Positions 38,821-53,211 of a DNA stretch of 64,000 nucleotides are shown piece by piece (positions within the stretch are counted from its first letter, which is position 1; each line of letters begins with the position of its first letter). The DNA comes from Paraspadella gotoi. Taxonomy: Eukaryota; Animalia; Chaetognatha. The notes below the pieces were generated by a model that saw only the letters and a list, made by a program, of their open reading frames with translations, was not told the origin of the DNA and did no database searches. The position numbers and the translations under genes were made by a program. The DNA is taken from assembly GCA_051294375.1 (NCBI GenBank), contig CM119268.1, positions 3,635,616 through 3,699,615 on the forward strand. Direction: 5' to 3'.

Positions 38821-41800
38821 CCTCTCTCATCTCGTCTCATCTCTCTCGTCGTCTCGTCTCTCTCTCTCTCTCTCTCTCCACTCTCATCTCTCTCTCTCTA
38901 CACTCTCGTCTCTCTCTCTCATTCGAATTCAGAGGAAATTTATTCTAAGATAACTTCAAAACTATGAAAAATAATTGGTAACATGTGAAGTATGGAATGT
39001 AAAAAAATGGAAAAGGTTCCATCTATAAATAACTTAAGATGATCTGTATATACAACATATTTTCTTTAATTACCATTTCCTACGTTTATTTATTTAATGA
39101 ATTTTTAATGTTATATTAGTTAACTATTTTTTACATAATTGTTAAAGTACATAATATCCCATGTACGGCTCTCTTACGATCCGTGATTGTAAATTGTGTT
39201 TTATTGAACATTACTGAGTCAGGAATAAAATCAAATAAATAAATCAAAACTCTACTCTCTCTCTCTCTCTCATTTCCAAGCCCCATATTTTTCCTCTTAC
39301 CCTTGACCCGCGACACAAGAGGTCGTCTCTTCCATCACCTGAACCCAAACTTTCTGCATCACATCTTCACCATCAGATCTTCACCATCGCACCTTCACCA
39401 TCAGATCTTCACCATAACTTCATCTTCTCCATCACTCATCACACCACCTGATATTCACCTTGAGATCGAATTCTGATTTTTTTTTTCTCCTCGCGAATTT
39501 CCGTCCCCTCGATTTACTTTTCCCGATAGCGAATTTCCTTCTCTCTCTATGTCTCCGTCTCTTCTTCTCCCTCCCACTCTTCNNNNNNNNNNNNNNNNNN
39601 NNNNNNNNNNNNNNNNNNNNNNNNNNNNNNNNNNNNNNNNNNNNNNNNNNNNNNNNNNNNNNNNNNNNNNNNNNNNNNNNNNNNNNNNNNNNNNNNNNNN
39701 NNNNNNNNNNNNNNNNNNNNNNNNNNNNNNNNNNNNNNNNNNNNNNNNNNNNNNNNNNNNNNNNNNNNNNNNNNNNNNNNNNNNNNNNNNNNNNNNNNNN
39801 NACAAACTGACTCTCCTAATCTATTTCACGCTCGGAAAAACCCTTAAGATTCCAAAGACTTTTCCCCGAAATTATTCTTTCGCTCCGGCGGACGTCTTCG
39901 GGTCGTCGTTCGTCGTTCGTCGTCGTTCGTCGTCGTCGTCGTCGTCGTCGTTTGTCAAAATCCCATTTGCGTTACGCAATAGACTTAATGGGTGATCAAC
40001 AAGTCATTAGTCGACGAGGGTTGAGAGCAGCGAATGCGCGATTAATTCGGGAATCGTTTTATCATTTTTAACCAGGAATCGATTTAGTGAGTCTTGAAGG
40101 ACTTCACAACGAGAGGAAGTGTCTGACCCACTTGTCGAATCTGAAACGTCGGGTGACCTTGAAATTTATTCTATTTGTCTTTCAGTTTAAGACATTTCTG
40201 AGAATAGTCGATCCCAAAAATAATAAATGAAATGAAATGAAATAATAAAAGAATATATTAAGTGTCTGAATCCCGGAACCCAGCGAGATCAAAGACCTTA
40301 GCAAAGGGCAAGGTTGTAAGAAGAGGGAATTGAATAGCAAGGTTTGGCAAAAAGAGTGAGAGAACAGAGAGAAAGAGATAGAAAGAAGAAAAAAAGTTTA
40401 GAGTTATTATCACTATTTTGCTACAGGAGTTTAAGAAAAGAGAAAGAAAATTTGAGTTGTAATTTTGGAAGAAGTACTGGGCGAGGGACCCGGGGAACAG
40501 ANNNNNNNNNNNNNNNNNNNNNNNNNNNNNNNNNNNNNNNNNNNNNNNNNNNNNNNNNNNNNNNNNNNNNNNNNNNNNNNNNNNNNNNNNNNNNNNNNNN
40601 NNNNNNNNNNNNNNNNNNNNNNNNNNNNNNNNNNNNNNNNNNNNNNNNNNNNNNNNNNNNNNNNNNNNNNNNNNNNNNNNNNNNNNNNNNNNNNNNNNNN
40701 NNNNNNNNNNNNNNNNNNNNNNNNNNNNNNNNNNNNNNNNNNNNNNNNNNNNNNNNNCAAGACAGTCACGGTGGCGCCACGGATATAATAAGAGAAAAAA
40801 AGGAAGGAACAAAAATGGGAAGAAGAAATAGAGAAAAAAGAAAGAAGAAAAAAGAGAAAGAAGCGAAAATAAGAGAATATTGAAAAAGAGCCAAGGACAG
40901 GAGAAAATGATTGACTGGGAGGAGAGGAAGAAAAAAAAAGAAAAAAAATCGTCGTTAGAAAATAGAAAATAGAAATGAAGAAAAAAAGAGAAAGGTAATT
41001 GTCGTTTGAAAAATAGAAAATAGAAAATAGAAAATAGAAAATAGAAAATAGAAAATAGAAAATAGAAAATAGAAAAGAATATTGTCGTTTCAAAAATATA
41101 AAAAATTCGAGAAAAATTGAAAATGGATTCGGAGAAGAAATCCAAAATGAAAAAAAAAATCCGATTGAAGTCAAAGAGAAAACAAAGAGGAAAAACAGTT
41201 AAAAGAAACAAAAGATAAAAAGAAAACAAGAGAAGAAAAGGAAAAAAACGATTTGAGAAAACAAAAGGGGAAATATAAAAAAGGAGGAAGAAAATAAAGA
41301 TCAAAAGAAATGGAAGGATGAGAAAGAAGAAAGAGAGAAGAAAAGGAGAGAGAAGGAGAAAGAAGAAGAGAGGAAGAAAGAGAGAGAAGAAAGAAAGAAA
41401 GAAAGAAAGAGAGGAGGAGAAAGAAAGAAAGAAAGAAAGAGAAAGACGAGTGACGGAAGGAAGGGAAAGCTGCTCTCTCGGCGTTGCTCGTTCTCCTCTG
41501 CTGCTCTCGTTGCTCTGCGCTGCCTCTCCTCGTCGCTGCTCGTCTCTCTCTCTCGTCTCTCTCGTTCTCTCTCTCTCTCTCCGGCTTCTCGGAGCCGACA
41601 GCGGTGGCGCCGAGTAAATCGAGTGTACCAATACGATAATTTATTATAGTCTCCTGTCCCGCAATATGAGACGAGGATTGAGAGGATAGAGAGAGAGAGA
41701 GAGGAGAGAGAGGACCCGGAGAGAGAGAAGAGAGAGAGAGAGTGCAGATGAGAAGAGAGATAGAAGGAGAGAGAGAGGGAGAGAGAGAGGAGAGAGACAG

Positions 41801-42230
41801 GACGAAGAACGCGAGAGAGAGAGAGGAGAGAGAAGAGAGAGAGAGGGAGAGAGGAGGAGAGAGAGAGAGACGTTTCCAGGAATCGACGAGTCGGAAAAGG
41901 AGGGAAAGTCGATCCACGATTGAGATAAATCGTTCGTTCGAATTTCTCTCTCTTTTTTTTTCGTCCCAAACGAAGACACGCGATGATACCGTCCCGTGGA
42001 TGGCTTCAATGACCGTCCCATAGCTAGTATGCTAGCTTCATACTCGTATACTAAAGCTTTATTAGTGGGCGTCCCATAGATGCCCTATTTTTCCCACAGT
42101 TGCCTGATAATCCTCACATTTTCGTTTGATATTAGTATCATACTCACTTTCCTTTCGGTCCATAGTTCTCTACACACACACATTGCGATTTTCTGTGGAT
42201 GGCTTTTCAAACAACTATTTAACAATTGGT

Positions 42231-42340
42231 TGGACTGGCTTAAGGCCTCCATCCCTCTTACAAGATAATAACCTGAATAATATTAATTCGTTAATTATAT
42301 CATTAACTTTTAATCAAGACTCTTTGACAGTTTAATCTAT
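42231..42340. repeat. Diverged fragment of family A
   Basis: TTAAGGCCTCCATC.CTCTTACAAGATAAT and TTTAATCAAGACTCT match the 26743 and 56830 copies. Confidence 0.7.
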
Positions 42341-42499
42341 TAACGCCCAATGACAACCTCGTTTAGTACAAGAACGGTCTCTTTTAAAACTTGGCAGAAA
42401 ATGAGCATCGACGTCGAATCCAGTCTTTCGATTCTTGAGAAGAATTCATGCGAAAAATAAAGAAATTTGACTCGAGAAAATTCGCGGAATTTGAAAAAA

Positions 42500-42556
<57 letters not shown>

Positions 42557-43923
42557 TCGGGGCTCCTGAAAAAAAAAATGATTTGTACCAACGGAAAACT
42601 AATAACAATCAAAGGAACGATTTAATAAAGCGAAATCCTGTTCCGACTTCTGTCATTTTGATGACAGAGGCGAATCGCGAGACGAGTCATCAAAAAGTCT
42701 CAATTTCGACGAGAGAGAAACATTTCTTTCTCTTTGACATCTTTTTCTCCGTCTTCCTTCTTCCGTTGTTTGGGTTGACGAGTAGAGGTAGCGCGGTGGG
42801 CAGGAGATATTGTGGTTCAATAAGGTTTTTGGCTAAATACTGCTTTGCGCAAATCGGCTTTGTGCAATCTTTTTGCAAGTTTAACCTAAGTCGCCATTTG
42901 TTATTAGGCTTTAATTTTTCGGAAGTTCTTCATCACTTTTTCAATATTATTCAAACTTATGCCAATGATTAACGTTCGAAAATAAACCAATGAATCTTAA
43001 AACGTTCACACGTTTCTCGACATTTGAACGGAACCAGAATCGCCTCATCAAAAGAAAACAAAGAATAGATTGGTGAGCAAGATTGTTGCCACTTTGCGTT
43101 GCAAGGGTCGCACCAAACGAGGAACCATCTGGTTTCTTCATCTTCTTTCTTCTCCTTCCTTGATTCTTCGAGTCTTCAACAGAAAATGACTCGTCGACGT
43201 CGCCTTTCGACTCTGGGCCCTTTTTGTCGTTGGATGCAGCCACGCATTTCGCTAAGAAGAATATTTTTGGTCGCTCAATAAAAAATTTATTATTATTGTT
43301 TAAAAGTATAAAAATTATAATTCATTTATCAATCATTTTTTTAAATTGATCATTATTATTCTATAACAAAAATATTTGATTAAAAAATTATAATTCTTTT
43401 TATTTATTAAGCAATTAATTTAATATGAAATAATCTTGTCGGCGCATCTTTGGACTTTTTTACCCGTTTTCTTTCTCTTTTCGCTTTTATAGTTGACTTT
43501 ATTTCCCTTCATCCCGTCTTTTTATCTTTCTCTCCCTAAAGTTTGAGTTTGAGTTTCGTCCTTCCTTTCTAATTCTTGTTTCAAACAATAAGTAAAAATT
43601 AAAATAGTTTTTTTTCTCTTTTTGTTTCTCTTTCAAATCTACTCTGCTGATAGGCAGATTCGTTGGATCAGAGTCTAAACTTAGTCGATATTGTAACAAT
43701 TTATTAATCTTCGCTGGTTACCACAAACCGCCATGTTGTTAATATCATTTTTATTAGATTAAAGAGACGAGCCGTATCATTCACTAACGTCGAATAAAGA
43801 CTCTGCTCCCATGTTTACCGAGTAACAATATTGTTACACTATCCGTCACACATAATTGAACCCCCCCCCCTCCTTCGCCAGTTTTTTTTCGTCTCCCGTT
43901 TGTCACTAAAAGAGAAAATCAAG

Positions 43924-43929
43924 CCGGCA

Positions 43930-43995
<66 letters not shown>

Positions 43996-43998
43996 GCG
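43924..43998. repeat. (GCG)n microsatellite
   Basis: About 25 triplets, with two GCA interruptions. Confidence 0.95.
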
Positions 43999-44514
43999 GT
44001 TTTCACGCAACGAGACTCGTTTTCCAATGTTGTTTTCCGCGTTTTTTGTTCCCTTTTATTGTTTCGAATGTTGTTTTCTTGTTTTTTTGTTTCTCTTTAT
44101 CGTCGCTTTCTTTATCTCAACGAGGTGCAAACAACCGCGACTTGGATTTCCGCTCCTCTTGGCTTTTTTTTTTGCCGGTAGGCGTCGCCGTTCTCGTCGT
44201 CGTCTTTCTCAACGTCGTCGTTGGCGTTGAATTCGTCTTCGTCTTTGTTTGCGTTTGTCAACGTGATTCCAAGTTCCCTCATTGCTTTTGGTTGTTGCCA
44301 TCATTTTCTTTGTCGTTGATTGAATTGCTTGTGTCTGCAAAGTTAATATCGGGATATTAATTTCCCCATTTAAATAATATTTAAATAATATCGGGATATT
44401 AATTTCCCAATTTAAATAAAGTCCTCGTGAGAATTGGTCAAAACCTGCGACTGTTCAATCGAGAGTGAAGCGGTCATTTCAGGTCATTTCAGGTTGTGGG
44501 GCCGTAGCGACCCC

Positions 44515-44715
44515 ACCAGCCTGGTTCCGGGCCCACGGCCCATTCCATGGCTGTTAGAGGTGGTTAAAGAATTTACGAAATACCAGCCTGGTTCCGGGCC
44601 CACGGCCCATTCCATGGCTGTTAGAGGTGGTTAAAGAATTTACGAAATACCAGCCTGGTTCCGGGCCCATGGCCCATTCCATGGCTGTTAGAGGTGGTTA
44701 AAGAATTTACGGAAT
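44515..44715 (+). repeat. 3 x 67-bp near-perfect tandem repeat resembling the SINE 3' body
   Basis: Unit ACCAGCCTGGTTCCGGGCCCACGGCCCATTCCATGGCTGTTAGAGGTGGTTAAAGAATTTACGAAAT starts at 44515, 44582 and 44649. Confidence 0.92.
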
Positions 44716-44797
44716 ATCATGTGAAGTTCATTCAGATTCTTAATCACAGTAGAATCGTTACTTACTTTCCTCCCAATAATTATTGACGACGTCGTTA

Positions 44798-44829
<32 letters not shown>

Positions 44830-45254
44830 CACCCTCCTTCTCCTCTTTCCTGTATTTTTATTTGCCTTCGGCCAAGAAGAAGTCAACAGCGGGTTCACTT
44901 TGATATTCCTCTCTCTCTCTCTCCTCTCACTCTCTCTTCTCTCTCTTCTCTCTCTCTCTCTGTCTCTCTCTCTCTAATTCCTCTCTGTCACTAAATCCAG
45001 AAACGACTCGCGTTGACATGAAAAATGCAACTGCGGTGGAAGAAGATGTTTTCTTTAAATTTAGAATCTCTTTCCTCACAAAGACACAAATGATTCTCAC
45101 ACAAAGTGTCGCAAACGGGCATGCTAGTTTGTTTATTTACTGGTTATTAGACAAATTATATTGAAATCGTTCTGTCAATCAGGTTGAATCAGGCAAATGG
45201 GGCGTACCTGACATCTGGTAAACCCTTTTTTCTTTGGGACGAAAAGAGAGAGCG

Positions 45255-45348
<94 letters not shown>

Positions 45349-45859
45349 GTGCCAAAGTTGGGAGCGTAGAAATGAGGGTTGAGAGAGAGAGGGAGAGAGA
45401 GAGACAGAGAGTGAGAGTTCCACCCCCTCTTCTTCCTGACCGCGGGCGTGTGCTCCTTTTCGCCTCATTAACCAAATCTTGGAGGGAAGGCGAATTCGGC
45501 GTGCGAGCGTCCGATCCCGCGTGCGTGCGTGCGACAGCTGCGTGTCTCGGCTCCGCGCATGCGAGTCAGCCTTCGTGCATTGCTCAAATTGCGCGTTGGC
45601 CAAAATTGCGCTCGTGCTTGCTCCGCGTTTTTGAGTGTTTCTCTGCTTGTATTTTTTTGTTTAGAGAAAATTTGTTTTCTGCTTATCAGACGCTTTTTAT
45701 CCTTACTTTTTTTTTCTTTTTCTTTTTTGTATAACAATGCGGAAATTTGCCAAATAACATGCCCTTGCCAAACTTCTTTATTTTCTCGAACAAATTTTGA
45801 ATCGCCTTATTTCAAGACAGAGATATTTACTCATTGGTAAAAGTGCCATTGATTTAAAA

Positions 45860-45930
45860 CAAAAACCGGCAAGTTGAACTTGTTGCGCCGCAGTGACTTT
45901 CTTAAGTTCATCTCCAGATGATCACGTGAC
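45860..45930 (-). mobile_element. 3'-terminal fragment related to the same HINE family
   Basis: TGTTGCGCCGCAGTGACT is identical to 52886-52903 and is preceded by a similar A-rich end. Confidence 0.45.
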
Positions 45931-46004
45931 ACAAGCATGGAAAAGGAGATTTTGAAATTTATGGATTAAATAGAAGGAACCTCTCGACGCGGAACGTAGT
46001 GGTG

Positions 46005-46355
46005 GGGCGGAGAGGCAAATTGGAGAGGCAAGTCGGTGAGGCAAATTGGAGAGGCGTGTCGGAGAGGCGGGTCGGAGAGGCGAGTCGGTGAGGTGGGTCA
46101 GAGAGACGGATTAAATAGGCGGGTAGATTTGGCAGGTCAGTGAGGCGGGTTTTCGAAGCGGGTCAGATGGGTGTGTCGTAGAAGCATGTCGGAGAGGACA
46201 GTGCAGTGAGTCAGAGATGCAAAATAGAGAAGCGAATTGCAGAGACGAGTCAGTAAGGCAGGTTAAAGAGGTCGGTTGGATAGGCACTTTAGGCAGGTTG
46301 AAGAGGCGAGTCGGGGAGGCAGGTTTGAGAGGTCGGAGAGGAAGGTCGGAGAGGC
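46005..46355. repeat. Diverged ~15-bp tandem repeat
   Basis: GGAGAGGCGRGTCGG-like units decaying 3'. Confidence 0.7.
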
Positions 46356-46689
46356 TTCGCTTCTCCCGCTAGCGACGATTTTTATGGGTTTTTCTCGCGA
46401 CCTTCGTTCGAGACGCCGACGTGGCGCATAAAGGGACTATCAGGGGAGGCCTGCATGAAAACATCTCCAGAAATTAGCTTTCGCGGGAGAAAAGCCAAAA
46501 AACGGCTTTTACAGCAGGGGAGCGAAATAAGTTATAAAGGGATACAAATCAATGAAGGATAGCAAAAAAAAGTAATTATGGCTTTTTGTGGCGATAAATG
46601 GCTTTCATAGGAGGCAGTAAACTTTCAAAGAAGGTAAATGGCAGACAAACTAAAAAAGATATTCAGCAAAGACAATCAACAGAAGACCT

Positions 46690-46960
46690 TAATAGGTGAC
46701 CACCCAAAAAGGCTTTTAAAGGAGACAACCAAAAAAGACAAGTGACAGAGGAAATAACCGTCTAAGACTTTTGGAGGATACAAGCAGAAAAACGCTTTGA
46801 GTGGAGAGAAACAAGAAAATGCTTTCAGAGGAGAGAAAGTTAAAGAGGCTTTCATAGGAGAGAAACAAAATAGGCTTTCAGAGGAGAGAAACAAAATAGG
46901 CTTTCAGAGGAGAAAAGCGAGAAGGCAAGCGACAAATGGGTTTCAGGGGAAAAGCGCGTA
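46690..46960. repeat. Diverged ~27-bp tandem repeat
   Basis: GGCTTTCAGAGGAGAGAAACAAAATA-like units. Confidence 0.7.
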
Positions 46961-47071
46961 AAAAGACCTCCAAGAGGGAAGAGGTACATTATTGGAAGTG
47001 ATTATTGAGAACCGCCCAGTCAAGGACGCTTCCTTCTCCTGTCTATTCACGGTCTCTGTCTCGCTTAATGC

Positions 47072-47125
<54 letters not shown>

Positions 47126-47188
47126 CTCTCTCTCTCTTTCTTTCTCTTTCTTTATCTATTTCTTAATTTTTATCGCTCTTCCTCTTTA

Positions 47189-47327
<139 letters not shown>

Positions 47328-49402
47328 GCATTCAACGTAAGTTGATCCTTTGGAACTCATAACTCTTCAAAAGTAAGAGGATTCCAACATGGAGAAGATT
47401 CTTAGCGACGATTTCGGGAAAGGTCGTAATGACGAGGTATGGATCACCAAATGCGCGGGTAGGGGAAAAGGTAAGGTCAAAATTAAAAGGGAAAGTTCAA
47501 AGTATAAGGGAAATGACAGAACTTTCAACGAAATTTAATGAAAAGAAAGGAAATAGTTGAAAAGGAAAGGAAAGGAGATGAAAGTAAATTAAAATAAACT
47601 AAAGTAAAGTTACAATGTCTACCTTAGAAATTTCAAAATATTTTGACTTCAAAATCGTCACTCGCACTTATCTTTTCTTACCCATCTGACCCTCTTTCCT
47701 CTTCAACCCCCGACGATTCACTGACTCGTGATTTATCAGCTCCTGTGATCGTTTCACCGAAGTGAAGGCGTCAGGCGTCAACCGTTTGCGTTTTCCATCG
47801 GCCATTCACTTCTCCGATTTTAACTCGCTCCTCGCTGAATTCATACTGGTTCCAGGTTCCTTCACTCCCTTTTTTTTTTAAATCACAGCCTCTGTTATCA
47901 GACTGAATTCACGGATCTTCACAATTCCGCCTTGCAGCCGGAATCTCACCCTTCAACATTCACAATTATCGTCTTCGTTTTTATCCCGCGGTAACGGTTC
48001 TCACATTCCTCACGTTTATCACAATTTATCAATGGATGATTCCTGAGATCACCACTCCCCTCTCGTCCAAACCAAACTCATATCGCGCCCACTCATCTAT
48101 TCTCAGCTTTTTTTCCTTTCTGTCTCACGCGATTCCCACCTTCCGCCGTAACTCGTCCAACCCTTACCTTTCTTCCACTCACCCTTCATCCCGAAATCGG
48201 ATCTGACCTCATTTCCCGCGATTNNNNNNNNNNNNNNNNNNNNNNNNNNNNNNNNNNNNNNNNNNNNNNNNNNNNNNNNNNNNNNNNNNNNNNNNNNNNN
48301 NNNNNNNNNNNNNNNNNNNNNNNNNNNNNNNNNNNNNNNNNNNNNNNNNNNNNNNNNNNNNNNNNNNNNNNNNNNNNNNNNNNNNNNNNNNNNNNNNNNN
48401 NNNNNNNNNNNNNNNNNNNNNNNNNNNNNNNNNNNNNNNNNNNNNNNNNNNNNNNNNNNNNNNNNNNNNNNNNNNNNNNNNNNNNNNNNNNNNNNNNNNN
48501 NNNNNNNNNNNNNNNNNNNNNNNNNNNNNNNNNNNNNNNNNNNNNNNNNNNNNNNNNNNNNNNNNNNNNNNNNNNNNNNNNNNNNNTGGATATAATGATA
48601 TCTATAAGATTTTTGCTTGTAGATCAAAAAACTTTGAATCCAAGCTTTTTTCCTCTAGAAACAATATTCTAAAAATCTTGTCAGCTTATTGTTGATTTTT
48701 TTTTTCTTTTTTCGTTCTGTTAATTTAAATATTTATATTTTGTTGAATTGTAAACTGTAACAATTTATGCGTTTATCTGTATGCTGTATGCCCTTTTGAA
48801 TGTACTGTTCAATCAACTAATTGTTGTAAACGAATAAAACACATATATTAAAGATTAAGATAAGAAGGCGAATAAAAAGATGGCAGATGGTAAATGAAAG
48901 AAAGGGATATGGCAGATGGTAAATGAAAGAAACGGAAATAGCAGAGGGTAAATGAAAGAACTGACTCATGGCAAACGAAGTAATGAAAGTTTTCGTCGCC
49001 ATATGAAAGGAATTAAGTGCCTTGAGAAGAACGGGCAGACGACAGAAAGTAGCAGGGAAGTAGCAGATGGCAGATGAAAAAATGTAAGTAGTAGATGGAA
49101 AATGAAAAAAATGAAAGTATCAGATGGCATTTTAAGAAGTGTGAAATGATAAATGGGAAGTAAGAGGTGAGTTCGGCAAAAGGTTAAGCAGCCCCAAAAA
49201 GAATCGTGGGGGCGGCAGCGGCGGCGGCCGCGGCGGCGGAGGAGGCGGTGGCGGTGGGAACGGAAGGGGCCGTCGGGGGCGGCGGGGGCGGCGTGGGCGG
49301 ACTGAGGGGCAGAAAGATCTTGACAGACCCGTTGAAAGGTCAAACGGGTCGAGATGAGTTGTGACGGAAGATCGGGAGGGGAAAGGGAGGGAGAGGGGAA
49401 GA

Positions 49403-49499
<97 letters not shown>

Positions 49500-49934
49500 C
49501 TTTTCAAAATTTCCAGTTTGAGCGGAGCAGCTTTCTATAAGAAAAGGGTTGATAGTGAGTCGGAATTGAACGATATTGATCTTGGGCACGAGTCGCATTT
49601 GGGCTGACTTTGCCCTTGTGCATAGGGCTGAAGGAAGCGTCCATGGTAGATGCTGTTTCATCGAGAACAGCTTCAGCAGTTTTAGCAACTTCATCAGCTT
49701 CAGCAGGATTCAGCAGCTTCAGCATTTTCAGCGGCTTCAGCGCCATGAATTCAATGAAATTAAACGAATCGAGGAAACATAAAAAACATTAATAAGAATC
49801 GACGGAACTAAAAGCGTCGCTTCCCGCAGCAGCGACCGCAGGGGGATTTCGGTGCAGCAGCGTTAAAAGCCGCAGCACCAACGATCCCATTCGTTCGCGC
49901 GAAAGAGAATAAAGTGAAAAACAGCGAAGACACA

Positions 49935-50290
49935 TTTTACGACGACGATGATGACGATGACGATGACGACGACGGCGACTACGATGACGATGGCGAAAAC
50001 ATCAACGAGAATGTTGACGATCACGACAACGATGACGAAGACGACGAAAATGATGACAACGACGACGGTAACGATGATGACGAAGATTACGACGACGACT
50101 TCGTCAAGAGTAACGATGACGATGCCAACGACGACGATGAGGATGACGGTAACGATCATGATGACGACGACGGAGATAACGAAGACAACGTTGCAATGAC
50201 GGGGCCAACGACGATGACACTGACGACGACGACGACTGACGACACGATACCGACGACGACGACGACGACGACGACGATGCCGACGATGCG
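49935..50290. repeat. Degenerate (GAC/GAT/AAC)n low-complexity tract (similar tracts at 11835-12185, 12810-12935 and 56170-56420)
   Basis: Open in several frames and on both strands, giving poly-D/T/V/S; no splice or domain support. Confidence 0.8.
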
Positions 50291-50382
50291 TAAAGAACAC
50301 GTCCGCGAATTTCGGCGACGGAAACTCGCGACATAATTCTTGTCCCTTTCGGTGAGAGAGAGAGAAGAGAAGAGATAGAGAG

Positions 50383-50435
<53 letters not shown>

Positions 50436-50505
50436 CGCGTGTGATAGAGAGAGGTTGCCTTGTAAAAAGAGAAGGATGTTGTCTAAAAGAGAAAGAGAAA
50501 GAAGA

Positions 50506-50584
<79 letters not shown>

Positions 50585-51864
50585 GCGACTGGCAAATGAT
50601 ACGTATGGTATTAAGGCGGCGTCTGGCATCGAGACCACAACTAGCGATGGCATCTGGTATCGAGACCATAACCCCTGATGGCATCTGGCGGCAAATGAAA
50701 GTGCAAAGTCATCGAATAGTCGTTTGGAACAAGAACAAGACTTTTAATCTTAAAAGTTTTTTTTTAAAACGGTCTTACGTAACGTGGTATTGAAATCCAA
50801 TATATATTTTTTTAAAGATTAATAGATTATTTTTTAATTAAACTTTTTTAATGTTGTGGGGATAGGTCATCTGCTCTCTTTTACTTAGTAGCACTTTTAT
50901 GTAACCATGTTTATTACCGATTTATGACCGAAATGTAAACAAACTAGTTTAGTTTAGTTTAGTTTAGTTTAATTTAGTTTAGTTTAGTTTACACGATGTC
51001 CTTATGTCCTTTTAGGAAAGCATTCTCTAATTCCAAAACTCTTTGCCAATCTCCAATGAAAGAATTTAGTGCCATTAAACAATGCCATTAACCTAGACTA
51101 GTGCTTGGTGCCGTCCATGCATGGAGAAACTCGGTGCCATTCGGTGCCATCAACCAAGGCCATCTACCACGAACTGCAGTCATTCGTCTTCAACGTCATA
51201 TGTGCTGAAGTTGGTAGAAGATCGGTGTGGCGGAAGAGCCTTGTCCGTTACAAGAATTAGAAACGAATAAGACGGGATTAACAGTGGGGAAAAAGGAATA
51301 GAAATGGATTAAAATAAATGAAAAAAAATGAAAGAGAGAATGATATACTTTAAAGAAGAAAAAGAATGAAAATAGAAATAACGAAACATTTTTAAAAAAT
51401 GATTAATTTTTTAAAAAATGCACAAGGCTGTCCAAATAAAAAACAAATGGTACGAAAACAAAAGGTAAGTGGAAGTAAGTAGAGAAAGGAAATGCTGCTT
51501 CGTCGAATATAAAATTGAGAGAGAAACCAAACTGGAAAAATTTGGGATCTGGAAAAAGAAAATGTGGGAAGAGAGAAGGAGAGAAATGTTCGCGAATAAA
51601 AATAGAAAGGGTGAGGAAATAAAAATGAGAAGGAGGGGAAATAAAAGTAGGAAGGAAGAGATAAAAGGAAAAAGTGGAAGGAATAAAGAAGGAAGAAGAA
51701 ACCAGTAAAATAGGGGGATGGAGAACGGGCCTAAGAATTTACGAATGCCGCGGCAACTTGCGTTAATAGTAGAATTTGCAATTTGCAATGTTTTTCTTAA
51801 CACTTACTCAAAACAATAATCGAAGAAAAATTGTACAGGGCATAGAAACATACGTACATTTATA

Positions 51865-51986
51865 AATACATACATGCATACATACATACATACATACATA
51901 CATGCATACATATATACATACATACATACATACATTATTACATACATACATATATTATTACATACATACATACATAGATACATACA
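51865..51986. repeat. (TACA)n microsatellite
   Basis: Direct inspection. Confidence 0.9.
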
Positions 51987-52080
51987 TGAATACTACATAC
52001 AAACATAGAACAGCGAAAAATGAGAGGAGAGAGGAAAGGAAGAATGAAAAGGAGTTGAATAGAAAGAAAAGAAAAGAGAA

Positions 52081-52201
<121 letters not shown>

Positions 52202-52860
52202 TCAGAGACGTAATCGGATGAAACTGATAGCTGTATTCACCTTTTCAACTCATGATTAATTACATTATAAGACATAGTCGTCGATAATTACTTTGACATT
52301 AGTATTCTTTTCCATTTTAAAGCTAACGGAAAATTTATTTTAGCAGCAAGGTAACGTTCTCGTAGAATATTGATTACATCATTCTTTTTTTTTTCTTTTT
52401 TCTTTTTTTCGTTCTTTACCGCCCAATCAAAATTAAGCGCCAAAAATCTAATATATTTAGAGGCTCGAGCTTAGTGCATAAACTAAAAAGTAAAAATAAT
52501 ATAGACTCTAAAAATTTTTTCCCGCCAAAAGTATTAATTTTCCCGACAGTTTTAAAGCTTTTTGATTTTTTCGATGAATTTTTAAACAACTTTTCGATTT
52601 AATTTTCATCTCGCGCGTTTGTTTCAAAACGCAGGTGTTCAGTCTCGATAAATATAAGCAAAGTGGAACGAGAAGAGATTAAAATGGAATCAAAAATGAA
52701 AAGATAAAAGAAAAAAAGGAGAGCGCTTTGGGGAAAAGACGTTAAATAAAGAGAAAAGTAGATATTTAAAAAAATTAAATTGTGGAAAAGAAGAAAAAGA
52801 TGAAAAATGAATCGCAAGTAGGGGGGGGGGACTTAAATGCCGTTAGAAGGAAAAAAAGTT

Positions 52861-53211
52861 AAAAACAAGAAGGGTAATTCAAATGTGTTGCGCCGCAGTG
52901 ACTGCCTTATCATGTGTATTTATCGTGGCATGACATGATATGATGTGACGTGACATAACATGATGTGGTATGACATGACTACATGATTACAATAACTTTC
53001 TTAGCCCATGTATTTATAAAGCACGCACTACTTAGGAAATACGTCTTTTGTTTTTTATAGTTTAGGATTTATTGAAGGCGGCGCTAGCAGGCCCTAAAAT
53101 TTGAGGTTTTTTCCTGTCTGAACAAATGAGCAGGTAGTAAGACGGACCGACCGACCGACGGAAAAGTGACTTATAGAGTTGCTCCGCGAGTTCTCGTGGC
53201 GCAACTTAAAA
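52861..53211 (-). mobile_element. Second copy of the DINE-1/Helentron-like element
   Basis: The reverse complement is colinear with 10272-10615 (AGTTGCGCC...AACTCTATAAGTCACTTTTC, GGTC tract, GGGCTAAGAAAG, TCACTGCGGCGCAACACATT...GAATTACC). Confidence 0.7.

Noticed and set aside
40258-42021. Long F/L/S-rich ORFs (457, 248 and 222 aa)
   Set aside because: Read-through of pyrimidine-rich simple repeats and N gaps.
44515-44715. CRISPR-like array
   Set aside because: Head-to-tail near-identical units with no unique spacers, in a eukaryotic context with no cas genes.
49863-50684. D-rich, T-rich and V-rich ORFs
   Set aside because: Degenerate trinucleotide tract open in several frames, running into (AG)n.
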